Below are positions 23,626-36,118 of a stretch of DNA of 64,000 nucleotides, in pieces. The notes beneath the pieces were generated by a model, which worked only from the letters and a program-made list of their open reading frames with translations, did not search any database and had not been told where the DNA came from. Made by a program: the position numbers and the translations under genes. Positions within the stretch are counted from its first letter, which is position 1, and each line of letters begins with the position of its first letter. Origin of the DNA: Carcharhinus amblyrhynchos (lineage: Eukaryota); contig OZ336883.1 of the NCBI GenBank assembly GCA_965287045.1, positions 33,294,001-33,358,000 on the forward strand, written 5' to 3'.

Positions 23626-23754
23626 ATTCCTTTGGGGCTTCCAAACACTTTTGTTTGTTTGAGGCGACCAAAGTGAGTTCAGGAGGAGAAAACAAATTTG
23701 AGGGCAATGTGGCTGAGAGATTTGAGCCCCACACAAAAAGCACAATGGGGGGAC
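23626..23754 (-). repeat. Right arm of long-range inverted repeat
   Basis: See 21326-21448. Confidence 0.85.
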
Positions 23755-24794
23755 CTAACCTTCCCCTAGTGGAATATTACTCATCATCTAGTGCCATGTA
23801 TAAGGGGACAAACCTTCGGCTTCCTCTCATGTTTTTACTGTGGGGATGAATGACCTTCCGACCCAAACAGAGTCATCCTCCTTTACTACACTTCTCTCAG
23901 TAGGAACGTCAGACCTTCCATGCCAAAGATCAGCACTGTAGCGGTGTGAACAATTAATCAGCCATTCTGTCACTGCCGCTTCCCTCACGAGGGCTGCTAC
24001 CATGGCACGTTTTCCATTCCTCAGTGAAGTGATTAGTCAGCCAAGTTCTCCAGGCAAGCTTAAAATGTGCCAGCTGTCATTTGAAATAAGGGAGAGCTTG
24101 ATAACCAACAAGACAACATTTTTAAAGAAAATATTTTCCTTGTCTTAAAAAAAAAGTTTAGGATCAAGACCAGGGTATTGTGTTTGAAAAGAGTAAAATA
24201 TACAATGCATATTTATGGTTTATAGTGTGACGCAATGGCATTATCCATTTAATCAGGCTGTGAAAAAGTTTAAGCATTGTACAAAAATAGAGCGGCCAAG
24301 CTGTTTGAATGCAGCACATCTACTTTAGAAAGCAAAGACATCTTAAAGCTAACACTCATTAATTCCTACTTCCAGTGTTGCACTGAGAAGATGAAAGATT
24401 GGGTTTAGCATTAAGGAGTTGATTTTGAATGATTCAATGCGGTAACCTTTGTCATCCTATTTTGTAGGTTCGATGATTGTAAGAACATCACTGCAATTTT
24501 ACTAATGAATGTCATTAGGTTGTCCATAGCCGTTTATGCCCCAGGGACCAATTTATCATGTTAACTGTCCTTGCAAACTGTTTAAATCAATATTGTGTTA
24601 TCATTCCTCATACCTTGCCGAAACAAAAATGGAGAACTATGGAAGTGGAGAGGGAACAAATTATTCCCTTTTAATAAGAGATGTCCACTCTTTTTCTTAA
24701 TTTTTTCCTTATTAACTTTGTCTCCCATAGTGCAACTTCAAAGTGTTAGAAATGTTGGCTTTAACCGATTATGTTTGATTGTTCCAAAATCATC

Positions 24795-25042
24795 ACAGAA
24801 CAATTCGACCTATCGAGTCCACACTGACCACAATCCCACCCAGGCCCTATCCCTACAACCCCATGCATTTACCCTAGTTTGTCCCCCTGACACTCAGGAG
24901 TGTGGGAGGAAACTAGAACCAATCCACGCAGACATGGGGAGAATGTGCAAACTTCACACAGACAGTGACCCAAGCTGGGAATCAAACCTGGGTCCCTGGT
25001 GCTATGAGGCAGCAGCGCTAACCACTGCGCTACTGTGCCGCT
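24795..25042 (-). mobile_element. HE1-like SINE with internal deletions
   Basis: Family A head and 3' segments. Confidence 0.85.
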
Positions 25043-25879
25043 CTAAGCTGATAAAATGAAAGTATAGAAATAACTTTCCACTAAAGTCAGGTTCAAAATG
25101 ATAGCAAGCAGCTCACTGAAGGTAAAATAACAAACCCTAATTAATAATTATTGAATACACTGGAAATACCTTAATATATGCCAAACACACTTTTTGCAGT
25201 AACTTGCAATGCAGTCAGGGTTCAGGGACAGGAATTAACCAGGAAATTACTGCTGCCAATATTATCAGGTAAATGTTTAAAGCAATTCCTACATTTGTTA
25301 CCTGAAACCAGTTTATCTTAAATCCTTAATGCCTGTGTGTTGCATCTTCACGTTACTCCAAGTTGGAACAAGGGCACTTTAAGGGATCGATCACATGATG
25401 TCCTGATGGCTTAAATGGCCATTTGCCTGGACAAGTGGGTAGTCTATCCTAACAGCCTGTAGAGCGATAGGGGGGTGGGAGGGGTGGTTGAGCGGAGGTG
25501 TTGATCCACACTGCAAACACCTGACAAAGAATTGCAGAAATTAGTGGAATATGAGATAACTTGTTGGTCCACAATGCAGATATCTAGCAAGGCTTACAAA
25601 GTTAAAAAAAAATCACTGCACCAAAACTGGTGATGGAAGAATGCCAAATAACAGTAGCAGCCATTGAAGGAGCCAACATTTAAATGAAGGTTTCGGAGAA
25701 GCAACATTGAAAGAAGCTCACCACGTGCCCTGCCCAGAAAGATCTGGAACAGTACAGGGAGCAGTGTGAGCAGTAAGTACCCTGCAGCAGTAAGTTCAGA
25801 ACTGGGGTGTAGCAAAACTGAGGAGGAAATAGGGTGAGCTAAGGGGGACCTTGTTTGAAAAAGGAAACAAGGTGGTGCT

Positions 25880-26352
25880 AAAGCATTTTGTGGCATCATG
25901 CTTGCAACAAACCCTTTCCATGTAAAAATAGTCATGGTTGTGGTACCATGGGACCACATGATGCAAACACTGAGAGGTAAAATTTGATTATTTTGTTCAA
26001 GTGAATAAAATTGTGGCAGATATTGTAATCCCAACTTTCCTGAATACAGTGGGAAGGAAAACATAGAACCTCCGAGGACACCTGGTACAGCCAGAAAAGA
26101 CAGACTCAAAAACTTACATTGAGATACTGGGAATATTTCTCACCTAAAACTTTGGTTATCATTGAGAGATTCAGGTTCCACCAGTGTAACCAACAAGAAG
26201 ATGAATCAATCTGACAGTTCATAGCTCCTTTGAAGAAATTAGCTGAATACTTTAAATTTGGAACCGTCTTGAACACCATTAGAGATCGAACAGTATGTGG
26301 GTTAAGGAGTCAAACTATCCAAAAGCTGTTGTTAATGGAAAGCAACCTAAAT
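25880..26352 (+). pseudogene. Second Gypsy gag remnant
   Basis: Hand translation FDYFVQVNKI...PTFLNTVGRKT...FSPKTLVIIERFRFHQCNQQEDESI*QFIAPLKKLAEYFKFG..IRDRTVCGLRSQTIQKLLLME. Confidence 0.8.
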
Positions 26353-26474
26353 ACTCATGGGAATGACCAGAAGGGCCATGGCAAAGAATTCATATAGATT
26401 ATGCGGGACCAACTGAAAGGCATATGTTCTCTCTGTGTTTGACACATACTTGAAAAGGCTTGACATTGCCATTA

Positions 26475-27262
26475 CAGTCATAGAGTCATAGAGATTTACA
26501 GTATGGAAAGAGGTGTTTCAGCCCAACTTGTCCATGCCACCCAGTTTTTACCACTAAGCTAGACCCTATCGTCTGCATTTGGCCCATATCCCTCTATACC
26601 CATCTTACCCATCTAACTGTCTAAATGCTTTTTAAAACACAAAGTTGTACCCGTCTCTGCTACTATCTCTGGCAGCTCATTCCAGACACTCACCACCCTC
26701 TGATTGAAAGAATTGCTCATCTGTAGCAATTAAACCCTAAAACCGATGCCCTCCATTTTAAACTCCCCTACCTTTGGGAAAAGATATTGACTATCTACAC
26801 CCCTCATTATTTTATAGACCTCTATAAGATTACCCCTCAGCCTCCTACGATCCCAGGATAAAAAGTCCCAGTCTATCCAGCATCTCCTTATAACTCAAAC
26901 CATCAAGTCCACGTAGCATCCTAGTAAATTTTTTTTGCACCCTTTCTAATTTAATTATATACTTTCTACAATAGTGACCAGATTTGTACACAGTATTCCA
27001 AGTGTGGCCTTACCAACGCCTTGTACAACTTCAACAAGACATCCCAACTCCTGTATTCAACATTCTGATCAATGAAACTAAGCATGTTGAATGCCTTCTT
27101 CACCATCCTTTTCAGCTGTGACTCCACTTTCAAGGCGCTATGAACCTGTACCCCTAGATCTCTTTGTTTTATAACTCTCCCCAAGGCTCTACCATTAACT
27201 GAATAAGTCCTGCCCTGGTTCAATCTACCAAAATGCATCGCCTCGCATTTATCTAAATTAAT
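26475..27262 (-). mobile_element. CR1 (HER1-like) LINE 3' fragment
   Basis: ORF 26966..27340 KCEAMHFGR..QRDLGVQVH..LYKALVRPHLEYCVQIWS. CATAGAGT tail repeats. Confidence 0.92.
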
Positions 27263-27397
27263 GTGCTTAAAAAATTCTGTTTTATGGGCCTCCAGTGACA
27301 ATCCCTTAAACACAGCGTGGTACATGCACAGGGAAAGCACCTATGGCTGACAAAGAAAAAGTGAATGGGATAAGACCACACTGACAGACAGCAAACC

Positions 27398-27650
27398 ATG
27401 GGTTCAATTCCAACCTTGCGTCACTGTTCATGTGGAGTTTGCACGTTTTCCCTGGGTGCTCTAGTTTCCTCCCACACGATGTATGGGTTAGGTTAGGTTG
27501 ATTGGCCATGTTAAATTGCCCCTTAGTGTCAGGGGGACTGGCAGGGTAAATATGTGGGATGGTAGAAATAGGGCCTGGATGGGATTGTTGTCAATGAGTG
27601 CGGACTCAATGAACTGAATGGCCTCCTTCTGAACTGTAGGGATTCTATGA
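27398..27650 (+). mobile_element. HE1-like SINE, 5'-truncated
   Basis: B-box GGTTCAATTCC through tail GTAGGGATTCTATGA. Confidence 0.85.
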
Positions 27651-27864
27651 CCGTTTGGAACAAATTGATAGTTTAAAAGGCCAATGTTCCTAGCATCTTG
27701 CTGCGTGTCTGTGAAACATGGTTGATGTAAAATGGCTGGGAAAGGAAATTCAATACAATTCATCTCTGTTTGTGTGTGTATCCTAACAGGACAGAATTGT
27801 GAATGGGACAGCCAGCGCCAAAGCAGAGCTCCCAAATGTGTTGGCACTAAACAAACAGAGGTAG

Positions 27865-28230
27865 CTTTCGTGGATGAGGCACATTCGCAGAATGGAAGAT
27901 GCTCACAATCCTGAGGACAGGGTTGGGAAGGTTGTCAAAGCCAGCCAACCAATGAGGTGCCCAAGGCTCTGCCTCAGGATTGCCTGCAAGATTTACATGA
28001 AGGCTGTAGATATTAACAATTGTGTCTGGGAGTCATTGGCTGGCTAAAGAGGGAAATGGCAACACCTCCTGTGAGCTAGCATGAACTACTGTGTTGAGCA
28101 GTTACTATAACAGCTTGGTAACAGGCACCAACACTAAAAACAACAACCCACATTGTCACTTGGCAGCTTCATGTGTGGCACTTGTGGTCGAACCTGCCTC
28201 TCAAGGATTAGTTGCTCCAGCTATCAGGAA
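27865..28230 (+). mobile_element. RTE-clade LINE C-terminal remnant
   Basis: HIRRMEDA..., PRLCLRIACKIYMKAVDINNCVWESLAG*RGKW, then FMCGTCGRTCLSRIS, an RTE/BovB-type terminal zinc knuckle. Confidence 0.7.
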
Positions 28231-28934
28231 ATGAACATCCCCTCCTCCAGCTAAATGGATTGCTTGCTGCATGTCCATCATCTTATAATTAGGAGAGTGC
28301 CAACACACAATCTATACTTATTCAATGGTATGTTCACTTGTATCCTATATACAATAACATGCAAATCATACAGCAATTTTACTCAGAATGTTACAGAAAT
28401 AAATAGAAATGTGTTGATAGGATTAACCATGAGAATTCTTTATGTTTTTAGTTTTTGTACATTCAGTGTAAACCTCTCTACGTGTCATTACCGACCTCCT
28501 GATTCAAGAAGGGCAGATTTGAAGAACATGATCAACAAATTTACTATCTTCAGGTTTAGCTCTTTTCAATCCAATTTTCTCTTTCTTCCCTTCACTTCTC
28601 CTCTCGGAGCATAGAATGATGTAGCAGAGAAGGGAGCCGTTCAGCCCACTGGGTCAATGTCAACATGTAAATGTTCTTGGCGCAAGATGGGATCTGAAAG
28701 GTTCCTGTGGCAGATTATTATTGTGGCTGAGACCCAAAATACATAAACTTGGATTTCCAGCAGGGGATACAGGAAAGCAGCCCAATTCTCTCCATGACTG
28801 GAGGTTCAGAACACCAAGTGTAGCAACATTTGGAAGTCTTAGTTGAGAATCCTTTTACCACAAAAAAGACCAGGGATTAAAGTTGGATTTTTCCCAATGT
28901 ATGTGCCTTGTTCTCATTGGCTAAGCCTACTGGA

Positions 28935-29203
28935 TGGCATCGTGGCACAGTGGTTAGCACTGTTGTCTCACAGCACCAGGGATCTGGGTTCAATTCCTGG
29001 CTTGGTTCATTGTCTGCGTGGAGTCTGCATGTTCTCCCCGTGTCTGTGTGGGTTTGCTCTGGGTGCTCCGGTTTCCTCCCACAGTCTGAAAGATGTGCTG
29101 GATAGATGTATTCACCCAAACAGGATAATGACCAGGGGAATTTCACAGTAGTTTCATTGCAGTGTTAATGTAAGCAGACTTGTGACACTAATAAATAAAC
29201 TTT
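28935..29203 (+). mobile_element. V-SINE family B (alternative tail)
   Basis: Same head and V domain as HE1 but tail TTTCACAGTA...ACTTGTGACACTAATAAATAAACTTT. Confidence 0.88.
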
Positions 29204-29229
29204 ACTGAATCGAAAAACAAGCATTATTT

Positions 29230-29395
29230 CTGAGATAGACAGATTTTTAATCAGTAGGAGAATTAAGGATTCTGGGGATAAGGCGGGAAAGTGGAGTTGA
29301 GGATTATAACATCAGATCAGTCTGAATCAGTCTCATTGAATGGCAGAGAAGACTCGATGGGCCGAATGGCCTGCTTCTGCTCTTAGGTCTTATGC
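29230..29395 (+). mobile_element. CR1 3' end
   Basis: GACTCGATGGGCCGAATGGCCTGCTTCTGCTC...TTATG tail. Confidence 0.8.
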
Positions 29396-29917
29396 TATTT
29401 TTAAAAATGACCCGATTCCCTTCTCATGAGCAGCACAGTCACAGTGCGTTCAGCTAACTTGGTTTAGTGATTAACTACGCAAAATAGAACCATGAAAATA
29501 CACAATTCATATATATTTAAAGCTCCATCTGAATAAAACAGTAAAGTTTATGTTTCAATTACAGTATTAAAATGCACTCTTGCATTTTATAATAAGCAAA
29601 ATGTAATTAAATATAAATATTTATATTAATGTAATAGAGATGCAGCGGTGGGATTCTGCCGAAACAATGTGTTGACTGTTTTCTGTTTTAATGACTTACA
29701 GCAGCACATTCTTATTATGCTGTGAAAGTGGATTTGAACATTGACACAGCTCACAAATTATGTTAAATCATTTTCATGGTGGCATCCATTCCTTTGAAGA
29801 CAAAATAATATGTCGTAGTCCGCATGATGGGATTCTTTCTTGAATTGTTGCTCTGCGGTACAGTCAATGGTTATCATAGTCAATCATTGCCAAGATAACT
29901 TAGTGATTGAGCAACTT

Positions 29918-30110
29918 ACAACAACAGCTTGCATTTATATGTCACCTCTAATCCTGTAAAAACAGGCTGCAAAGCACTTCACAAATCCATGATTTAAAAA
30001 AAAGGCACTCAACCAAAGACAGAGATATTAAAGGGATGATCAAAAAGCTGATTGGAAGAGGAAAGGAAGAGCTGGAGTTGTGGAGGGAATTAGGGCAGGA
30101 ATTCCAGAGC
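29918..30110 (-). mobile_element. L2 3' fragment
   Basis: ACAACAACAGCTTGCATTTATAT tail and GGAATTCCAGAG (LWNS on the minus strand). Confidence 0.6.
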
Positions 30111-30111
30111 A

Positions 30112-30862
30112 GCACCTGGTACGACGAAAATAATCTCTCCCTCATTGTCAACAAAAAAAGGAGATAGTCATCAGCTTCAGGAAGCATAGTGGAGGACATG
30201 CCCCTGTCTACATCCAAGAGAATGAAGTAGAAATTGTTGAGAACTTCAAGTATTTAGGTGTCCAAGTCACCAAAGACCTGTCCTGGTCCCGTCATGTTGA
30301 CACTATAGTTAAGAAAGCCCACCAAGGCCTCTATTTTCTCAGAAGACTAAGGAAATCTGGCATGTCAGCTACGACTCTCACCAATTTTTACAGATGCATC
30401 ATAGAAAGCATTCATTCCGGTTACATCACAGCTTGGTATGGCTCCTGCTCTGCCCAAGAAACTACAAAAGGTTGCGAACGAAACCCATCACTCAGACCAA
30501 CCTCCCACCCATTGATCCTGTCTACACTTCCTGCTGCCTTGGAAAAGCAGCCAGCATTTCCAGGAACTCCAGGGATCCCGGACATATTCTCTCCCATCTT
30601 CTTCCATTAGGTAAAAGATACAAAAGTCTAAGGTCACGAACCAACTGACTCAAGAACAGCTTCTTCCCTGCTGCCATCAGACTTTTGAATGGACTTACAT
30701 TAAGTTGATCTTTCTCTACACCCAAGCTATGACTGTAACACTACATTCTGCACTCTCTCCTTTCCTTATCCGTGAATGGTATGCTTTATCTGTATAGCGC
30801 ACAAGAAACAATACTTTTCACTGTATACTAATACATGTGACAATAATAATAAATCAAATCAA
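30112..30862 (+). mobile_element. Rex1/Babar LINE 3' fragment
   Basis: FKYLGV..., VKKAHQGLYFLRRLRK, LTNFYRCIIESI..ITAWYGSC, HLLPLGKRYKSLRSRTN. AATAAATCAAATC tail. Confidence 0.9.
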
Positions 30863-30907
30863 GTTATTTTCCAGTGCAATTGTTTAGGCAAATATTCTGC
30901 CCAGTAA

Positions 30908-31400
30908 GAGAATCATAGATTCATACAGTGCAGAAGAGGCCCTTCGGTCCATCATGGTTGCATTGACACACGAGGAACATCTGACCTCCCACCTAATCTC
31001 ATTTACCAGCACTTGGCCCACAGCCTTGAATGTTATGTTGTGCCAGCTGCTCATCCAGGTACTTTTTAAAGGATGTGAGGCAACCTGCCTCTACCACCCT
31101 CCCAGGCAGCACATTCCACCCTGTGGGTAAAAAAAGTTTTTCCTCACATCTCCCTGAATCCTCCTGCCCCTCACCTTGAACCTATGTCCCCCTGTGACTG
31201 ATCCTTTGACAAAGGGGAAACAGCTGCTCTTTATCCACCCTGTCCATGTCCCTTATAATCTTGTACACTTCAGTCAGGTCGCCCCTCAGTCTTCTCTGCT
31301 CCAACAAAAACAGCCCAAGCCTATACAACCTCTCCGCATAACTTAAATGTTCCATCCCAGGCAGCATTTCCTCTGCATCCTCTCCAGTGCAATCACCAGT
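30908..31400 (-). mobile_element. CR1 3' fragment
   Basis: ORF 31182..31412 LSYAERLYRLGLFLLEQRRLRGDLTEVYKII. Confidence 0.9.
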
Positions 31401-31402
31401 GT

Positions 31403-31693
31403 AGGGCAGCACAGTGGCACAGTGGTCAGCACTGCTGCCTCACAGCGTCAGGGACCCAGGTTCAATATCTGTGCGGAGTCTGCACGCTCTCCCCGTGTCT
31501 GCATGGGTTTCCTCCGGGTGCTCTGGTTTTCTCTCACAGTCCGAAAGTTGTGCTGGTTAGGTGCATTGGCCATGCTAAATTCTCCCTCAGTGTGCCCAAA
31601 CAGACACCGGAGTGTGGTGACAAGGGGATTGTCACAGTACCTTCATTGCAGGGTTAATATAAGCCTACTTATGACACTAATAAATAAATAAAC
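31403..31693 (+). mobile_element. V-SINE family B
   Basis: Head GGGCAGCACAGTGGCACAGTGG and family B tail. Confidence 0.88.
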
Positions 31694-32747
31694 GTTAATC
31701 CTTTGACACTGAAAGATTGGTTAGCACTCCAATTTACACATATTCAATGAGACTCCAACCAGATGCCCAGAGCATCCATCAAACAGTCTGAGTTAAAATG
31801 GTATCAGATACGGGACCAGGCATTAAGTTGCTCATCTTGAATTTAACTCTGCTATTGTTCATGGCCGTTGGCACAGGAACCAAAGATAAGACCAAGAACT
31901 CATACCAAATACAATGGTAATATATTACGCTAATGACGGAGTAGAAGGAGACGGTTTTCGAGTGGATAAGAAAGGACAAAAAGTAATGCTATGTCTGGTG
32001 GACTATGTATGTAAATTAAGGATTAGAAAGTTGCTCATTTCTCATTTGCTAAAATGAACTATAACTGCAATACAACTTTATGAATAGACAGAACACCTAG
32101 CAATGTATCCCACTGTATTTGTGTTCTCCTCACACACGAGTAATAAAGCATGGTAGATTGAGTACTCTTAGTGCCGAGGTCTTGGTTGTACCCAAGTCAA
32201 TAACACAACTATCTCTGGAAGGAAATAATCTCAGCTGCCCACAAAGTCAGAACCAGCTCAGGCCACACCACTCCCTCCAGACCTTGGCAACTTCACCCAG
32301 CAGCACAAAAACACCAAATTTCTGTGACAGAAGGTAGAAATAAATCAATATATATATGTTAGGGTTTGGGGTTCGGATAGCCCCTCTAAGAGCGTGGGTC
32401 AGGTGATGCCTAAGCATTTAGCTCCTCCCAGTATTGGAGAGTCTGAGACCTGACTGAATCAATGCACACCTTCAATAAAGAGCTCCCAGTGTTCAAGTTA
32501 TCCAGTCTACTTCGTGCTTTTTATGCCCCCTTAGTCCATAGGGACATACATATTAAAAATATTTGGAGGTTTTGTCCTGTTGATTTCATGTTTAGTTCAT
32601 GCAAGATTAAAGGAAAGTTAAATTTGTTTGGGTGATCGGGTTGAAGATGGCACCTATGGTCTGCCAACTTGGCACTATTCCAGCCCACGTCTGCTTTAAG
32701 AGCCTTATCAAGATGGCATCCAGTATGGCAAGCACTGGACATGCACA

Positions 32748-33090
32748 GGGAGGTGATGGCCTAGTGGTAATGTCACTCGACTATTAATCCAGAAACTCAA
32801 CAAATGTTCTGGGGACCTGGGATCAAATCCTGCCGTTGCAGCTGGAGGAACTTGAATTCAATAAAGAATATGTGGAATTAAGTATCTAATGATGACCATG
32901 AAACCATTGATGATTATCAGAAAAACCTATCTGGTTCACAACTACCCTTTCGCGAAGGAAATCAGCCATCCTTACCTGGTCTGGCCTACATGCAACCCCA
33001 GAGACACAGCAACGTGGTTGACTGTCAATTGCTGTCCAAGGGTAACAGTGGGCAATAGATGCCCATATCCCATGAATGAATAAAAAAAAG
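32748..33090 (+). mobile_element. SINE family C
   Basis: GGGAGGTGATGGCCTAGTGG A-box, GGATCAAATCC B-box, ends ATGAATGAATAAAAAAAA. Confidence 0.85.
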
Positions 33091-33154
33091 TGCACTGCAA
33101 AATAGCAACAAAAATATGGGTACTCAACAACCAAATTTCTCAACCACTGTCAGT

Positions 33155-33440
33155 TTAAAGTTTATTCATTAGTGCCACAAGTAGGCTTACGTTAACAGTG
33201 CAATGGAATTACTATGAAAATCCCTTAGTTGCCACATTCCAGCGCCTGTTTGGGTACACCGAGGGAGAATTTAGCAAAAGCAACGCACCTAACCAGCATG
33301 TCTTTCAGACTGCGGGAGGAAACCGGAGCACCCAGAAGACACAGGGAGAAGGTGCAGATCCACACAGATAGTGACCCAAGCACGGGAATCGATTCCAGGT
33401 CCCTGGTGCAGCAGTGCTAACCACTGTGCCACCGTGCTGA
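33155..33440 (-). mobile_element. V-SINE family B
   Basis: Family B consensus, reverse orientation. Confidence 0.88.
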
Positions 33441-35154
33441 CCCCAGTTATGCACCCAAAATAGGGCCATAGAGAAATTCCATCCCAATATGTCTATTGCT
33501 TTCATTTTTCGGGCTGCATTCACTAATCTCAACATCTATATGAAATGACTGGTATTGGATTATTTTGTTTGAGTTATACAATTATTAGATGATCTAGGAT
33601 AGACTGGACTCTTCAGTAAGACATTTCATCAATCTGTATTTCAAGATGAAAGAAAAGATTTTCCCTTTGGATTGTAATACGTGTCAAAGCCAGTGACTGA
33701 CACGGAAAATATGTCAGTTAAAAAATTGCTATGTGTTAGCATTTCTATTTCATCAGTTTTCAACTTCTGGTATCCTTTTACCACTTCAGTTATTATTCTC
33801 AGAGACTTACTGCTTCAACCAAACCCAGGTCAAACAAGGTTTGATCTCGAGATATTTCCATAATAATCTCCGTCATTTCAGTTCAAGAAAAAAGGAGCTC
33901 TTTTATTGCAGCAATAAAAACAGCAAAGTGATCTTCTGATGGTGCTTTATTAGATTCATTTTATCTCTTATCGACTGAGCATGACATACCAAAACCAGAA
34001 TTTATGAAGCAAAAATTAATGTGAGGGTCCTATGATCCCGAACGCAATTGTGAACAATATTGGGTCGGTATTCATTATAATCTATACTTTCATCAATCTT
34101 AAGATAAAATGCAGGAAATTTGAAATGTCTTTCTGTCCTCTGCAAGTAACCATAACAGCCTGTAGCTGATGGCAGACTGAGAAATCTGTAGTGTTTTATC
34201 TGCCTGCTGTGATGTGGAGTTCAAACAGCTGAACCATTTTATAAATGAACACATTTTAGACCATTTTCTCCCTAAATATCTATGTTGTAAATATCAGCGT
34301 TAAGATCAGCGATAAACTAACGTTTTGAGCAATTCTTACTCGTAAATAGTTACTATCCAGAAGAGAATCTACAAATGCACTTCCTTGCAGTTTATTGTCT
34401 GCAGTCAGATGTATGAAAAATTCAAGCCATTTTATATATAATAAAGGGATTCAGAAATTCTCCTCAAGCTGAGGAAGGATTTATTCCTCTCGGGCTATCG
34501 CTGTAGTTGCAGGAGATTTCTGCAATTGCATATGTTACTGATTTGCATTGTAATTTTTAGTTCCGTGCACGTCTCCCATGTCGCAAAGCAAATTCGGTTT
34601 GCTGTACCTTTCAGAGCTGCAAGTAATGCGTATTTTTAATAGACCCCAAGAAAGAATATATGGGATGTGCTGGAACATTGTCCTGCTAACGTACTTTTGG
34701 TGCTCCAATGATGCAGAACATTGCTCAAAATATACAGACAACTTCAAAGCTCCCTTTGGTCCCCTTTTATGTCTGGATGCTGATGTTATTCTATTTAATA
34801 AATAAATAACGACGCAGCAGCACTTCAAACTGTTTAGCAATTGTGGTACATCAAGACAGGCCTTACGGTCATTGTGTTGAGTTTTACTGACATGTTGCTG
34901 CCCTCAAGACCCTGGCATTGGGTAAGATGCTGAAATATACTACCTGTGAAATAGAAATTGCTTTTCTATTTTAACCTCCTTATTCCTCAATCCTTCACTG
35001 TCCATTATTACCTGCACTCCCAAGATCCATAAGTATGATTCCCCTGCTGACACATTGTTTTGACTCATTTCTACCCCATTAGATATGTTTCCTCAAATAG
35101 TGTTTAATTGCTTCACACCTTGTCCATTCTCCTCCACCTGCAATATCCAGAGCA

Positions 35155-35395
35155 ACATGGTGGCACAGTCGTTAGCACTGCCGTCCCACAGCGCCAGGGA
35201 CCTGGTCTCAATTCCGGCCTTGATAACTCTCCATGTGGAGTTTGCACATTCTCTCTGTGTCTGCCTGGGTTTCCTCCCACACTCCAAAGATGAGCCGGTT
35301 AGGTGCATTGGCTGTGCTAATTTGCTCCTTAGTGTCCCACAATGCGTAGGTTAGGAGGATTAGCAGGGTCAATGCTTGGGTATAGGTCTGGGTCA
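35155..35395 (+). mobile_element. HE1-like SINE, partial
   Basis: tRNA head plus V domain. Confidence 0.8.
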
Positions 35396-35494
35396 TATTC
35401 AATTATTTTAAGACTCTTCTAACACTCTCCACCACTTTGATAGTTTCAGGTTCACTGACCCCAATTCATTTGGGTGGCATCTTGGGACAGGGGT

Positions 35495-36118
35495 TACCTG
35501 CCTCATAGTGCCAGGGACCCAGTTTCAATTCTAGCCTCAAGTGACTGCATGGAGTTTGCGATACTCTGGTTTCCTCCCACAGTCCAAAGATGTGCAGGCT
35601 AAGTGGATTGGCTAAATTGCTCCTTTGTGTCCCAAGATGTGTAGATTTTTTTAGTTTATTTATTTATTGTCACAAGTAGGTTTACACAAACACTGCAATG
35701 AAGAAAATCCCCTAGTTGCCATACTCTGGTGCCTGTTCAGGTACCTGACGCAGAATTTAGCATAGCCAATGCACCTAACCAGCAGCTCTTTTGGACTGTG
35801 GGAGGAAACCGGAACACCCGGAGGAAGCCCACACAGACATGGGGAGAACGTGCAAACTCCACACAGGTAGTAACCCAAGCTAGGAATCGAACCTGGGTCC
35901 CTGGTGCTGTGAGGTAGCAGTGCTAGCCACGGTGCCACAGTGCCACCCAGATTTGGGGGATTAGTAGGATAAATACATAGGGTTACAGTGATAGGGCAGG
36001 GCGGGCAGAGTGATGGCAGTGGGCCTTTGTGGGATGCTCTGTCAGAGAGTTGGTGCAGGTTCAATGGGTTAAATGACCACTTTTTGCACTGTAGCATTCT
36101 GTGCTTCTATTCTATGGT
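35495..36118 (+). mobile_element. HE1-like SINE interrupted by an antisense family B SINE
   Basis: 5' half at 35495-35645 and 3' half at ~35950-36118 ending TTCTATGG. Confidence 0.75.
35652..35947 (-). mobile_element. V-SINE family B, nested
   Basis: Full family B copy with AGATTT on both flanks. Confidence 0.88.

Noticed and set aside
25594-26109. 171-aa hydrophobic minus-strand ORF
   Set aside because: It is antisense to a decayed Gypsy leader/gag region.
32357-32515. Short LTR-like segment (TGTTAG...AATAAA)
   Set aside because: No CA end or TSD identified.
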